58,704 nt of DNA from a virus, in the IMG/VR virus record IMGVR_UViG_3300035494_000106, positions 1 to 58,704 of that record; one strand, 5' to 3'. The translations under genes and the position numbers were made by a program. Positions 41,901 through 50,051 of the stretch are shown one piece after another. The notes under the pieces are model-generated. The model was given only the letters and a program-made list of their open reading frames with translations. It was not told where the DNA came from and ran no database searches. Numbering within the stretch: the first letter of the stretch is position 1; each line of letters begins with the position of its first letter.

Positions 41901-44900
41901 GGTGTCTCGCAGCAGGGCGTCGACCTGCTCGTTGGTCATGGTCAGCTTGGAGTAGCCCAGCATGGAGGCGAACGCGTTCTCCACGGCGGAACGCGCCTTG
42001 GTCAGCACGTCGCCGCTGACCTTCTCCCCGCCGGCCAGCATGTCGGCCAGCACTTCTTCCGCAGCCAAGCGGCGCAGACCGCCCTGCTCTGGGTCGGTGG
42101 TGCCGGCCAGCTCGTGCATCTTGGCCTTGATCCGAGTGCGGGTCGCGGCGTTGGTCCACAGGCGGTTCACCACCGCAGGCAGCCGGTCGCCCAGCAGGGC
42201 AGCCAAACCAGCGTGGCCGCGCTCGTGAGCCAGCGTCAGCGCCATCTGCTCGCCGTTGGCCAGGTTCTCGCGGATCAGGTACACCTTATCGCCAGCGAAC
42301 ACACCGCGCGCGTCTGGCGGGGCGGCGTGGCCGGTCATAGCCTCGAAGTCGGCCACAGTTTCCACAGCCACCACCTCCGGGCTGCCGGCCGCGCGGTTGC
42401 GGTTGGCTGCAGCTACGAGGGTGGCGAACTGGGTCAGGTCCATAGGCGCGCCGCGCTCGCCGGCCGGTGTGCGATCGAACCGGGCGGTGCCGTTTTCGAG
42501 GGCGTCGTACCGCAGGTTGAAGTCGTTCGCCAGCGTGTCTTGGTCCTTGGGCTTCAGCTTGGCCCAGCCGGAGTGATTCTTGATAGCGATGAAGTACTCG
42601 TCCAGCATGTCGGTGCTGTTGGCGTCCATCAGCATGTCGGCATAGGCGTCCACCGTCGCGGTGTAAGCATCGGTGGTCGGGTCCAGGCGCATGTTGCGCT
42701 GAATCATCTGGTCGATGTTGAGCGGCTGCGGCGAGGAGAAGTCGACCGGCGCCGGCGCGGTAACGGCAGGAATCCGACCCGGCAGTTCGCGCAGGGCTTC
42801 GGCCTTGGTCTCGCCGAGGTAGATGCCCTGGTTACCGCCCACAGCCTGGCCGTCCACCTCCGACAGTATCCAGCCGCTCAGCGTCACGCCGCCGTCTCCC
42901 TGCTGCCGGAAGATTCGCGCGCTACGTCCGTCGCTCAGGCCGACCTCGTAGTAGGTGCCGCCGTCCGTGTAGCCGCCGCGTACCTGCTTGGAGCCGGTGA
43001 CGCGGGGCAGGGTCGGTGCTTCCGCAGTTTCGCGTGCGGCCGAGCCTCGGTCGCCGGGTTCTGCGCCCTGCGTAGGGGCGACAGCATCCATCTCGTTGTT
43101 CAGGCCGTCGTCGACCGCAGGGGCAGGCTCGACCGCAGGGGCAGGCTCGACCGCAGGGACAGGCTCGACCGCAGGGGCAGGCTCGACCGCAGGGGCAGGC
43201 TCGACCGCAGGGACAGGCTCGACCGCAGGGACAGGCTCGACCGCAGGGACAGGCGATCCTGCCAGCGCGGCGTACTTCTCGGCCAGCTTCGCTGCGAACA
43301 ACGGCGCGCTGGCAGGATCGCCGGCCACCTTCGGCGCTACCTCAGCCAGGAACTGCGCCGCGTTCGGGCTGAGCGGGTTCACGCCGGCCGCCTGAGCAGC
43401 AGCCTCGAAATCCTGCCACGCCTTGCCGCGGAAGTGCTGCGGCTTCAACCCGAGCTCGCGGGCCAGGGCTTTCTTCCACGTCGGGGCTGGGGCGTCGAAG
43501 TCGATCGCCTGCTGGTTCTTCGGCGCAGGAGTCGGGGCCGGCTCTACCGGCGCTGCGTCCACAACCTGCGGGAACGCTCCCTCAGCCGGCAGCGGGCCGG
43601 CAAACAGGTCGGTTCCGCCGAGGCGTCCACGGTTGCGCTGTGCATCCACCACGCCGAGCAGGCCGGCACGCGGCGGAGCCGGCACCTCCTCGACTTCCAT
43701 GAGCGGTGGAGTAGGTGGGGTTACCTGCGGCCGGCGGCCAGTAATGTCGTAGAGCGAGCGCAGCGGCGCGGGCGCCGGGGTCACTTCCTCTACAGCCACC
43801 TCCTCCACGGTCGGCGTCGGTATGCCGACCGGAGTGGCGCCCATGTCGATCTCCTCGACAGGGACCGGCGCGGCGCCAAGGTCGATCTCCTCGATAGGCG
43901 AGTCACCGAGCCCGCTAGGCTTGATCGGCGAGCCCTGGCTGGCGTTCTCCCGCTGCAGTTGGTCGCGCAGTGCTTGGCCCAGCGGAGTGTCTGCACTCGG
44001 GCGCGCGCTGCGCAACGAGACCAGTCCGCCCATACCGCCGCCGAGGACGCCGCCAGCCAAGCCACCGAGGGCGGCCTGCTCGCCTACGCCGGCGAACAGA
44101 TCAGTGTTGGGGGTGAACAAGTTCTGAGCTATACGCTCGGTAGCGGACTGCGCCGATTCCTCAGCAGCCTCGCGCGCGAAGCCGCCGCCTACGTTGCCGG
44201 CCAAGCTACCAGTGAGCCCCAGCCGCGCACCGCCAGGCAACGCATTGGCTGCGGCGGTCTCAAGCGCACCGGCGCCCGTAAGGCGCATGACGGCGGGGGC
44301 CGCCACCCCCGCCAGCACGCCGGCCCCCAGGCCGCCCAGCTGCTGCTCCAACTCTGTTGCGCCTGCCTCACGGGCGGCGTTGATCGTGTCCACGTTGACC
44401 GCGCCTGCTACCTGGCCGCCCACCGCCCTACCAAGCGCCTTCTGCGCCGCTTTACTGGCCACCTGCTGAGCAGCCTGACCAGTCAGCCCACGAGCGGTAG
44501 CATTCGCTGCGCCAGCCACTGCGCCGGCGCGAGCAGCTGCGGCGCCCGGCAACAGCGACGGCAGGTTGCTTACAAGCAGTTGCTGCAGGAACGCCGGGGA
44601 GGTAGCAGCTTCGCCTAGACCGGCCAGTACGCCCTCATTCTCTAACGTCTGCGAGACATTCTGCGCAGCCCGCTGTGTCGGGGCTGACTGCCACGAGGAG
44701 AGAATCTGCTGCGTCTCGCCAAAGTTGTCGGACAGCCCAGTCACGCGGTCGAGCACACCGAGGCTGGCCATGTTAGCAAGGCCGTAGCCGGCCTGGCCGA
44801 GGCTGACAGCGCCGCTTAGCAGCTGAATCGGGACGTTCGCCAGTGCCTCGCCCCAGGTATTCGAGCGCGTCGCCTCGGCCTCAGCTGCAGCCTGACGCAG

Positions 44901-44987
44901 GGCCGCGGCTTCGTCCGCCGCTCGCTGCGCGCGTTGCGCCTCTTGAAGCTGCCTTGCGCGTGCTACGATCTCGGCGTACGTGGCCAC
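38928..44987 (-). CDS. Giant virion protein (2019 aa) with a zincin HExxH motif and a PLxR(Y/F)G-type motif
   Basis: GTG start after GGGGAGA. AHERGHAG at 42213-42227; SPLQRYGDY at 41001-41018. Has Gly/Ala-rich hydrophobic N- and C-terminal segments and 8x PAVEP(A/V). Confidence 0.85.
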   Translation of the reverse strand: MATYAEIVARARQLQEAQRAQRAADEAAALRQAAAEAEATRSNTWGEALANVPIQLLSGAVSLGQAGYGLANMASLGVLDRVTGLSDNFGETQQILSSWQSAPTQRAAQNVSQTLENEGVLAGLGEAATSPAFLQQLLVSNLPSLLPGAAAARAGAVAGAANATARGLTGQAAQQVASKAAQKALGRAVGGQVAGAVNVDTINAAREAGATELEQQLGGLGAGVLAGVAAPAVMRLTGAGALETAAANALPGGARLGLTGSLAGNVGGGFAREAAEESAQSATERIAQNLFTPNTDLFAGVGEQAALGGLAGGVLGGGMGGLVSLRSARPSADTPLGQALRDQLQRENASQGSPIKPSGLGDSPIEEIDLGAAPVPVEEIDMGATPVGIPTPTVEEVAVEEVTPAPAPLRSLYDITGRRPQVTPPTPPLMEVEEVPAPPRAGLLGVVDAQRNRGRLGGTDLFAGPLPAEGAFPQVVDAAPVEPAPTPAPKNQQAIDFDAPAPTWKKALARELGLKPQHFRGKAWQDFEAAAQAAGVNPLSPNAAQFLAEVAPKVAGDPASAPLFAAKLAEKYAALAGSPVPAVEPVPAVEPVPAVEPAPAVEPAPAVEPVPAVEPAPAVEPAPAVDDGLNNEMDAVAPTQGAEPGDRGSAARETAEAPTLPRVTGSKQVRGGYTDGGTYYEVGLSDGRSARIFRQQGDGGVTLSGWILSEVDGQAVGGNQGIYLGETKAEALRELPGRIPAVTAPAPVDFSSPQPLNIDQMIQRNMRLDPTTDAYTATVDAYADMLMDANSTDMLDEYFIAIKNHSGWAKLKPKDQDTLANDFNLRYDALENGTARFDRTPAGERGAPMDLTQFATLVAAANRNRAAGSPEVVAVETVADFEAMTGHAAPPDARGVFAGDKVYLIRENLANGEQMALTLAHERGHAGLAALLGDRLPAVVNRLWTNAATRTRIKAKMHELAGTTDPEQGGLRRLAAEEVLADMLAGGEKVSGDVLTKARSAVENAFASMLGYSKLTMTNEQVDALLRDTAAVAKGTSPAALNRNAGHLQGLEFAMNDPASWLAGDARFSRAVADIDEVIAAASAEGDGTRRNIADVAKGIGLDALQKVKSLGTATAADKVRAGVLDAVPLNQLANLYDKYFSGKLGEFARLKRGKEATFNKIITSGRELNYHGEQLGEVSPMATANKIKAFAQRNPARMEAWNQMQQVGTLYRLWPDRSMDKQSQLNYAEMNFTQAEREQAHRDLVKLWKSVGQEGQQLYKETQALYSYMWNARFNALRNEIARVYKTGGQTDAEFFASDKFKELYGDRIESAMKKMRTGPYSPLQRYGDYLVTVRDKNGRIEWFSGHDTIEEANATRKELLTGDYADSSSYSVSQPTLRREQNWELDGISQQTIRAIERATDGIVSQAADPQLHRAIREGLVEAYLQSLPQGSFLQHANRRKNTKGATTDAFRAFSDYSIKAARSVASLRYDGQISEKLVQLQEVASDNANDADGIKRQRVLEAAKRQHQASLRQERSPVADALSQAGFLWFLSSPSQLLINSMQTPMVTLPRLAGSYGSGAALRGVKQALADFAKSRGDMLGAKSILAADSVERQVLQELFVRGTLDFTLWHDMASLAAGDVGMSMSGGWRKALEIGGMFMHRSEVFNRQVVALAATRLEMQKRGIKGQATPEQLAEIADVADAATLTTQYDYSQSNKPTVMQGPWRKVVFQFQQYRVNMLAMMAKDIRDSFSGTPEEKQVARRALAWQLGTQLALTGAAGTVLAPIAFFIADAFRDDDDLLDSRTEFVRAAPQWLAHGLLAGALDLSRVGADGLVSFGGNYAPAGASAKETFQYYVLQHLGPWAGLGANLFTGIEKAIQGDHVAAVKNLAPAGVRDVYKAFFEGQQGAKDSRQIVYYEPGIWDTVTGVMGLRSGGRREAEEIRGATYEASIRAQTLKQRYLGRLALGHATSDQDMINEAMDSIHRWNSDFPDMAVKGSDLRRAIVTRVKSQLNASSYGAASARPPARSIMEQVGTW
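43111..43254 (-). repeat. 18-bp tandem repeat x8 encoding (PAVEP[AV])n in the giant virion protein
   Basis: Units tcgaccgcagggGcaggc / tcgaccgcagggAcaggc in the order G,G,A,G,G,A,A,A. Confidence 0.9.
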
Positions 44988-44990
44988 TGC

Positions 44991-46244
44991 TTATCTCCCC
45001 TGCGCTAGCCCTGATGCCTGGCGGTAACGTGCCAGTTGCGTTTCGTCGTAGGGTATCAGGTTGCCAGCCGCGTCATAAGTACCCACCGGGTTGCCGAGCA
45101 TATCGAGTGCGATACGCTGGTTGGGCTGCCCGCTGCCGGATACGATCGAGGCTGCAGTCTGCAGGTCTCCGTTCTGCAGCGCGTCGAGCGCCAGCTGAAG
45201 CTGGAGCTGACGAAGCTCGGCCTGCGCCGCGGCGTTGACGTTGGTGCCGCTGGTGTTCTTCGCCAGCGCTGCCTGCAGCGTTGCATCGGCAGCCGCTTGC
45301 CGGCCCGCCAGGCCGTATTGCCCACTCAGGTCGGTGGCTAGCAACCGATTCTCGCCCTCAGCCAGGGTGCGAGCCATGGCCCCGGCGTTCTGCACGTCGG
45401 CGATCGCTCGCTGCCCTGCAGTCTGCTGGGCCTGCAGCCCAAGTTCGGTGACACCGCGGGACTCTTGCATTGCGGCCGGAGCCGTCGCCTCCAGCACGCG
45501 CCGTGCCTGCCGGATTTCCAGCGGGGTGCGGGCGTCGCGCAGGTCGTCCACAGCGCGCTGCTGTTCTAGCCCTGCCAGCGCGGCCTGACGGCGCTGTGCC
45601 CGCTGCTGGTCAACCACCTGCATGTTCGCCAGGTACTGGGCAGCCGTCGGCGCGCCGTTCACGCCGAAGCCAAAGTTGATGCCGGCGGTTTGCGGTGCGC
45701 GGGGGGTTGTGTTCTGTGCGTTGAATACGCCGCGTTGGGCCGGCTGCATGATGCCGCCTTCCGGGCGTAGGCTGGCGATCGACTGGGCGATCTGGGAATT
45801 GATCGCGTTGACCTCGCCCTGACCGAGCAGCGGTACCGCCGGCGGCTGGGGCGCAGTAGGCGCAGTAGGTGCAGTAGGAGCGACCGCAGCCGGCGGGCTC
45901 GGCTCGCGCGGGGGGTTTTGAGTCGGAGCTGCCGGCTGGGCGCCGAGCAATCCTAACACCCGACGCTGGATGTTGCGACCCAGAGACGCGTTCGCCTCTG
46001 CGAAGTTGGCCACACCCTGATCCATGGTGCCCAGCGCGCGGCTGGTGTAGAAGTCCTGACCACCGGCCAGGGTGCTTGGGTCACCGCCTACCAAGCGGGT
46101 GACGCCGCTCCGCGCTGCGTCTAGCGCCATGGCGGGTACAGCGGTGTACGCCCCGAGGTACGCTTGGCCAACGGCCTGGCCCACGTTGATCGGGCGCCCG
46201 TCGTCGACCATGCGCCCAGTGACAGGATCATAAACAAGCGCCAC
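44991..46244 (-). CDS. Virion protein (417 aa), Ala/Gln-rich coiled coil
   Basis: GTG 46244 follows GGAGGT. The upstream part of ORF 44991-46418 overlaps the previous gene and is not used. Confidence 0.7.
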   Translation of the reverse strand: MALVYDPVTGRMVDDGRPINVGQAVGQAYLGAYTAVPAMALDAARSGVTRLVGGDPSTLAGGQDFYTSRALGTMDQGVANFAEANASLGRNIQRRVLGLLGAQPAAPTQNPPREPSPPAAVAPTAPTAPTAPQPPAVPLLGQGEVNAINSQIAQSIASLRPEGGIMQPAQRGVFNAQNTTPRAPQTAGINFGFGVNGAPTAAQYLANMQVVDQQRAQRRQAALAGLEQQRAVDDLRDARTPLEIRQARRVLEATAPAAMQESRGVTELGLQAQQTAGQRAIADVQNAGAMARTLAEGENRLLATDLSGQYGLAGRQAAADATLQAALAKNTSGTNVNAAAQAELRQLQLQLALDALQNGDLQTAASIVSGSGQPNQRIALDMLGNPVGTYDAAGNLIPYDETQLARYRQASGLAQGR

Positions 46245-46249
46245 GGTCG

Positions 46250-46972
46250 TTACCTCCAGTTTGCGTTTACGCGGAACTGTACGTCCTGCGCGAGAAGTCG
46301 TTTGGATTGCTTGGACAATTCCCCTACCGTCTCCTCGAACCGCTTGCGGTGCTGGCTCGCCTTGGCCAGGGCTTCGAGGTCGGCGTCGTGGTTGCGCAGT
46401 GCACGCCATGCAGCCCACTCAAGAATGTCGAGGTGGTATTCGTCGGGGATTTCAGGCTCGGCCTTCAGGTCCGTAGCCTCGAGCTTGCGCAGCGGCTTGC
46501 GCGCGACCCGAAGGATCAGATCGACCCCGACAACATCTTCGCCCGGCACCGGCCACACGCCCAGCTTTCCAGATTCGCGGTCGGTGTAGAACCAGCGCGG
46601 CGCGCAGTTGGTGTGCTGCCGTCCCCAGTCCTCAATACTGGTCGAGTAGGTGACGTCTGCGCCGCTAGTCATGCCGGAGTAAGTAGCCCGGCGAAGGTTC
46701 ACGTGACCAACGCGAGCGCCGAACACAGCAATTACCCGAGGGTCAAGCGCATAGCTATCCACCCCTGGAGACAGCCGGATGCGCGTGACGTCTGGCGTGG
46801 TCTCGTCGCGGATGCACAGCGTGCCCACGGCGAACTTGACCACGCCTTCCTCGATGTACCGAACGAGCGATCTGTCGTCGAGGAGGTAGCTGTCCTGGCT
46901 GTGCCCGACTTCGTCGCTCACGTCGCGCAGGATGTTCTCCCGCAACTCCTCCAGCAGCTCCTCCAGGCTCAT
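46250..46972 (-). CDS. Head-completion/adaptor-like protein (240 aa)
   Basis: Position between the capsid genes and the internal/tail proteins. The function call is inferred. Confidence 0.7.
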   Translation of the reverse strand: MSLEELLEELRENILRDVSDEVGHSQDSYLLDDRSLVRYIEEGVVKFAVGTLCIRDETTPDVTRIRLSPGVDSYALDPRVIAVFGARVGHVNLRRATYSGMTSGADVTYSTSIEDWGRQHTNCAPRWFYTDRESGKLGVWPVPGEDVVGVDLILRVARKPLRKLEATDLKAEPEIPDEYHLDILEWAAWRALRNHDADLEALAKASQHRKRFEETVGELSKQSKRLLAQDVQFRVNANWR

Positions 46973-46973
46973 G

Positions 46974-47360
46974 TCACACGTCCGGGTGCAGGGTGTACGG
47001 GAGGCGCGGTGCGCTGCGCATGCCTACGATCTGCATCTTCTCGTTGATTTCGGGCAGCGCATGCACTGCGTTGTTCAGCACTTCGAGCACGCTGGCCGGC
47101 ACGCGAGTGCGTACGCCGGGCATCAGGATGTACTGCTTGCCGTTGACCCCGATGAACTGGCCGTTCGGTGGAATCTCACGGTTGTCGTGCAGGGTGATCT
47201 CGTAGGTGCGCTCACCCTTGGTGGCGGCCTCAGCCTCAGCTGCCTTCGCGGCGTTCTGACGCTTGTTGGTCTGGCGCGGTTTGGTTTCCTTCTTCACCTG
47301 CGGCGGGGCGATTGCGGATTCTGCGCTGGCGCCAGGTACTTGAGTTCCCAGGTTTTCCAT
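46974..47360 (-). CDS. Hypothetical virion protein (128 aa)
   Basis: Tightly packed late gene. Confidence 0.7.
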   Translation of the reverse strand: MENLGTQVPGASAESAIAPPQVKKETKPRQTNKRQNAAKAAEAEAATKGERTYEITLHDNREIPPNGQFIGVNGKQYILMPGVRTRVPASVLEVLNNAVHALPEINEKMQIVGMRSAPRLPYTLHPDV

Positions 47361-47635
47361 CAGTTTTCACCTCGTTTGAATGCTTCTGTCAGTGCATCGT
47401 CGTAGTCTTCGCCGTCGTCAGGCTTCTTGCGCAGCTGCGGCAGGAGCTCCGTCAGGTCGGCTAGCAACGCTTCTGGTGTGGCGTAGACACGCTGGCGCTC
47501 GGGGTCTTGCCACGAGCTGTTTTCCTGGCGGTTCTGCGCACGTATTTGGGGGTCGTCGTAGCTCAGGATAAGGCCGTTGTCGGCCACGCTGATTCTCATG
47601 TAGTCCATGTGCACGCTCGCCGGTTGTGCGTCCAT
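47360..47635 (-). CDS. Hypothetical acidic protein (91 aa)
   Basis: First gene after the capsid terminator. Confidence 0.65.
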   Translation of the reverse strand: MDAQPASVHMDYMRISVADNGLILSYDDPQIRAQNRQENSSWQDPERQRVYATPEALLADLTELLPQLRKKPDDGEDYDDALTEAFKRGEN

Positions 47636-47640
47636 AAAGC

Positions 47641-47663
47641 AAACCCCGTACTAGACGGGGTTT
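47641..47663 (-). terminator. Rho-independent terminator just after the major capsid gene
   Basis: The minus strand reads aaaccccgt-ctagt-acggggttt followed by gcttt. Stem of 9 bp, 26 nt after the stop at 47689. Confidence 0.7.
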
Positions 47664-47688
47664 ACTATCAGCCAATGCCTACAAAGTG

Positions 47689-48729
47689 TCAATTCGAGGC
47701 GGCGACTTCGGCGCGTACCAAGAACGCATCCTGCAGGATAACCGTGGCATTCCACAGCTTCCAACCGGCGGTGCCGCGCTGGGCCAGCGGGTCGTCCGAG
47801 GACGGCTTCGGCTGAACGACCATGATGGTGGCGACGTTCTTGCCGCGCAGCACCACAGCACCGAAGGCGTCGCGGGCCAGGTAGAGGATCGGGTACACGT
47901 CGGCGTTGGTGCCGCCGGTGCTGATCATCGTGCCTGCCGCACCACCAGCGTCGGCCCACGGCTCGAACACGGTGGAACGGATGTAGCGCACATCTTCCAC
48001 CGAACCCAGCTCGCCCGGGAACGGAGTCACGGAAGCGTAGTGCTTGGTGGAGATGAACCCGTCCATGTCGCGGATATCGTTCTCGACGTCCGGGTGGATC
48101 AGGGCGATGTACGACGCCTCGATCGGCTGGGTGTTGTACGCCGGGCTCGACTTCAGGGCCGAGGTGATCATCGGAGCGTTCTGACGCTTCAGCGAACGGG
48201 TGATCCGACGCTGCAGCTCCAGGGTGATCGGGGTGTTCACCGCAGCGCGGGTAGCGCCGTTGGCGTAGAACACGTTGGTGCCGGACTTCAGCACGTTGAA
48301 ACGCAGGGTCTCGACGGTCAGAGCAGCCTCGTCACCGAGGATGTTCATCAGCTCGCGGAGCAGCGCCGGGTAATCTTCGTGGGTGTCCTGAATGACGTCA
48401 GTGAACCCTACGAAGTCACCGTACTGCTGCAGCTGGACGCTGTAGTCCTTGCTCGCCAGCTTCTTGCCGACGGGAGTAACACCCTCGGTCAGCGGGGTCA
48501 GGGCCAGCGGCATGCCGTAGTTGCCCGGATTGCCGGAGTAAGAACCGGTGCCACCCTCGAGGAAGTAGCGACGGAACTTGGCAGTCTGGGTGTTGTTGGT
48601 CGGCACCACGAACGACTGACCAAAACGCTCGATGGTCATGTTCGGGATGGCGCGGGTCAGAAAACCGGCTACGGAGTAGGCGGCCTGGCGCGGGGTAATG
48701 TCGCCGTATGCGGTTCCAGTGTAGGCCAT
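47689..48729 (-). CDS. Major capsid protein (346 aa), probably N4 gp56-type
   Basis: Follows the scaffold gene and is followed by a strong terminator. The C-terminal DDPLAQRGTAGWKLWNATVILQD resembles N4-like capsid proteins as I recall them. Confidence 0.8.
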   Translation of the reverse strand: MAYTGTAYGDITPRQAAYSVAGFLTRAIPNMTIERFGQSFVVPTNNTQTAKFRRYFLEGGTGSYSGNPGNYGMPLALTPLTEGVTPVGKKLASKDYSVQLQQYGDFVGFTDVIQDTHEDYPALLRELMNILGDEAALTVETLRFNVLKSGTNVFYANGATRAAVNTPITLELQRRITRSLKRQNAPMITSALKSSPAYNTQPIEASYIALIHPDVENDIRDMDGFISTKHYASVTPFPGELGSVEDVRYIRSTVFEPWADAGGAAGTMISTGGTNADVYPILYLARDAFGAVVLRGKNVATIMVVQPKPSSDDPLAQRGTAGWKLWNATVILQDAFLVRAEVAASN

Positions 48730-48755
48730 TATGGCGCTCCTTTTCGTTCAGTCGT

Positions 48756-49775
48756 TCAAGAATTGGCCAGCTGCGCCGAGGCTTCTTCGAACGCTCCATC
48801 GAAGTCGTTCCGATCTGCCCCTTGCTGCCGCGGACGCTGTGCTGCTGGTACTGCTGCCAGTGCAGCCACCGCCTTCTGGTCTACGACCTTGGTCGGTTTC
48901 GGCTGCTGTTCTTGCGCGGCTGACGAGGCTGGTGTAACTGGCGCTGCACCCGTCGGAACCTTCGCTGCCTTGTAGAGGTTCAGCACCTCTACGACTTCCG
49001 CCGCGCTGCCCTGTTCAAGCACCCGCTTGAACGCCGGACGTACCACGGACGGTTGAGTTTCCACCCACGCATGCACCTCGGGCGCAATCTGATCGAGATC
49101 AGGGTGCGCGGCGAGCACAGTTGCTCGGTGGTTGTTCACCTCCACTGATTGCACAGAGGTCATCAGTGGCGCCAGGAACTGGTTTAGCTGCTGAGTATAC
49201 GCGCTCAGCGCGTTGGATACAGCGGCCTGCGTGTTGGCCTGCATCATCCGCTCGATGGCCACGTACTCGTCGGGCCATTCGGTCTTGAACTTGGCGATCG
49301 ACGCCTTATCCGCGTCGTTCAGCAGGTCGTCGACGTTGACTACCTTCGGCTTGGCCGGCTCCTCGGCCGGCGCCTGCTGGCTGCGTTTCTTCTCAGCCTC
49401 GATCTGGGCCTCGGCGATAGCCTGAGCCAGGAACTTTGGGTCGATCTGATCGGCTGCCGGCGGCTGCGCAGGCGGCGTAGCGTCAGGCTTCGCAGGTTCC
49501 TGAGGCTTATCGCTGCCCTCAGCACCTTCAGCGCCCTCACCACCTTCAGCTCCCTCGCCACCTTCAGCGCCCTCAGCACCTTCGGCACCCGCGTCGGCGC
49601 CCGCGTCGGCGCCCTCGCCGCCTTCGGCACCATCAGTACCCGCAGCCTCGTCCACACCGCCTTTGCCCGCAGTGTCGTCGGTTGGCACCACTGGTTCTCC
49701 AGACGCAGCAGCGAACGCGGCGTCGAAGTCGTCCGTAGTATCCAATGTTTCTTTAGTATCGTTTTCTTGGTCCAT
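48756..49775 (-). CDS. Scaffolding protein
   Basis: Acidic and low-complexity ((GAEG)n), helical, located between the portal and capsid genes. Confidence 0.75.
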   Translation of the reverse strand: MDQENDTKETLDTTDDFDAAFAAASGEPVVPTDDTAGKGGVDEAAGTDGAEGGEGADAGADAGAEGAEGAEGGEGAEGGEGAEGAEGSDKPQEPAKPDATPPAQPPAADQIDPKFLAQAIAEAQIEAEKKRSQQAPAEEPAKPKVVNVDDLLNDADKASIAKFKTEWPDEYVAIERMMQANTQAAVSNALSAYTQQLNQFLAPLMTSVQSVEVNNHRATVLAAHPDLDQIAPEVHAWVETQPSVVRPAFKRVLEQGSAAEVVEVLNLYKAAKVPTGAAPVTPASSAAQEQQPKPTKVVDQKAVAALAAVPAAQRPRQQGADRNDFDGAFEEASAQLANS

Positions 49776-49823
49776 AGTGGCTATCTACTCCGCAGTTTAC
49801 TCTCTGTCAAGTTTTTGGCCCTA

Positions 49824-50051
49824 TTACTGGACCTTTAGTAGGGAAACCAACCGGTCTATCCGCCCAAGGTCTCCCTGGTGCCGGTAGATTTCCACCGGGT
49901 TGTCCGACCGTTGCAGGGCGTTGCCGATCTTGTCTTGCTCGTCACCCAGATACTTGAGCAAGGCTAGGTGCAGCGGGCTGCCCGCCTGCGCCTTGGCGAC
50001 TTTCTGCAGTTCGTTGCGCGAGGGCGACGAGTTGTTCTGGGCTTGTTCCAT
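49824..50051 (-). CDS. Small protein (75 aa) overlapping the portal 3' end
   Basis: GGAGG lies 9 nt before ATG 50051. Third codon positions are much more GC-rich than in the portal frame across the overlap. Confidence 0.6.
   Translation of the reverse strand: MEQAQNNSSPSRNELQKVAKAQAGSPLHLALLKYLGDEQDKIGNALQRSDNPVEIYRHQGDLGRIDRLVSLLKVQ

Noticed and set aside
43111-43254. Possible CRISPR-like or minisatellite array (also 23661-23765 and 9403-9510)
   Set aside because: The units are contiguous with no spacers, are multiples of 3 nt, and stay in frame inside long, well-supported genes. They are coding tandem repeats, not CRISPR arrays.
41847-44618. 923-aa plus-strand ORF inside the late arm
   Set aside because: It lies antisense to the 2019-aa virion gene. 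The composition is Arg/Gly-rich nonsense, including the mirrored 18-bp repeat (RGRLDR)n. It is a shadow ORF.
38928-44987. Giant protein as a cryptic RNA polymerase on the basis of the DDDD run (FIADAFRDDDDLL)
   Set aside because: The acidic run sits at the edge of a hydrophobic, TM-like segment. It lacks the NADFDGD/DxDGD context of two-barrel polymerases, and no T7-like motifs were found by eye. The evidence is insufficient, so it is left as a remote-homology test.
49794-49810. TTGACA (49805-49810) plus TAAACT (49794-49799) upstream of the scaffold gene as a sigma70 promoter
   Set aside because: The two hexamers are only 5 nt apart, which is incompatible with -35/-10 spacing. It is recorded only as another TAAACT occurrence.
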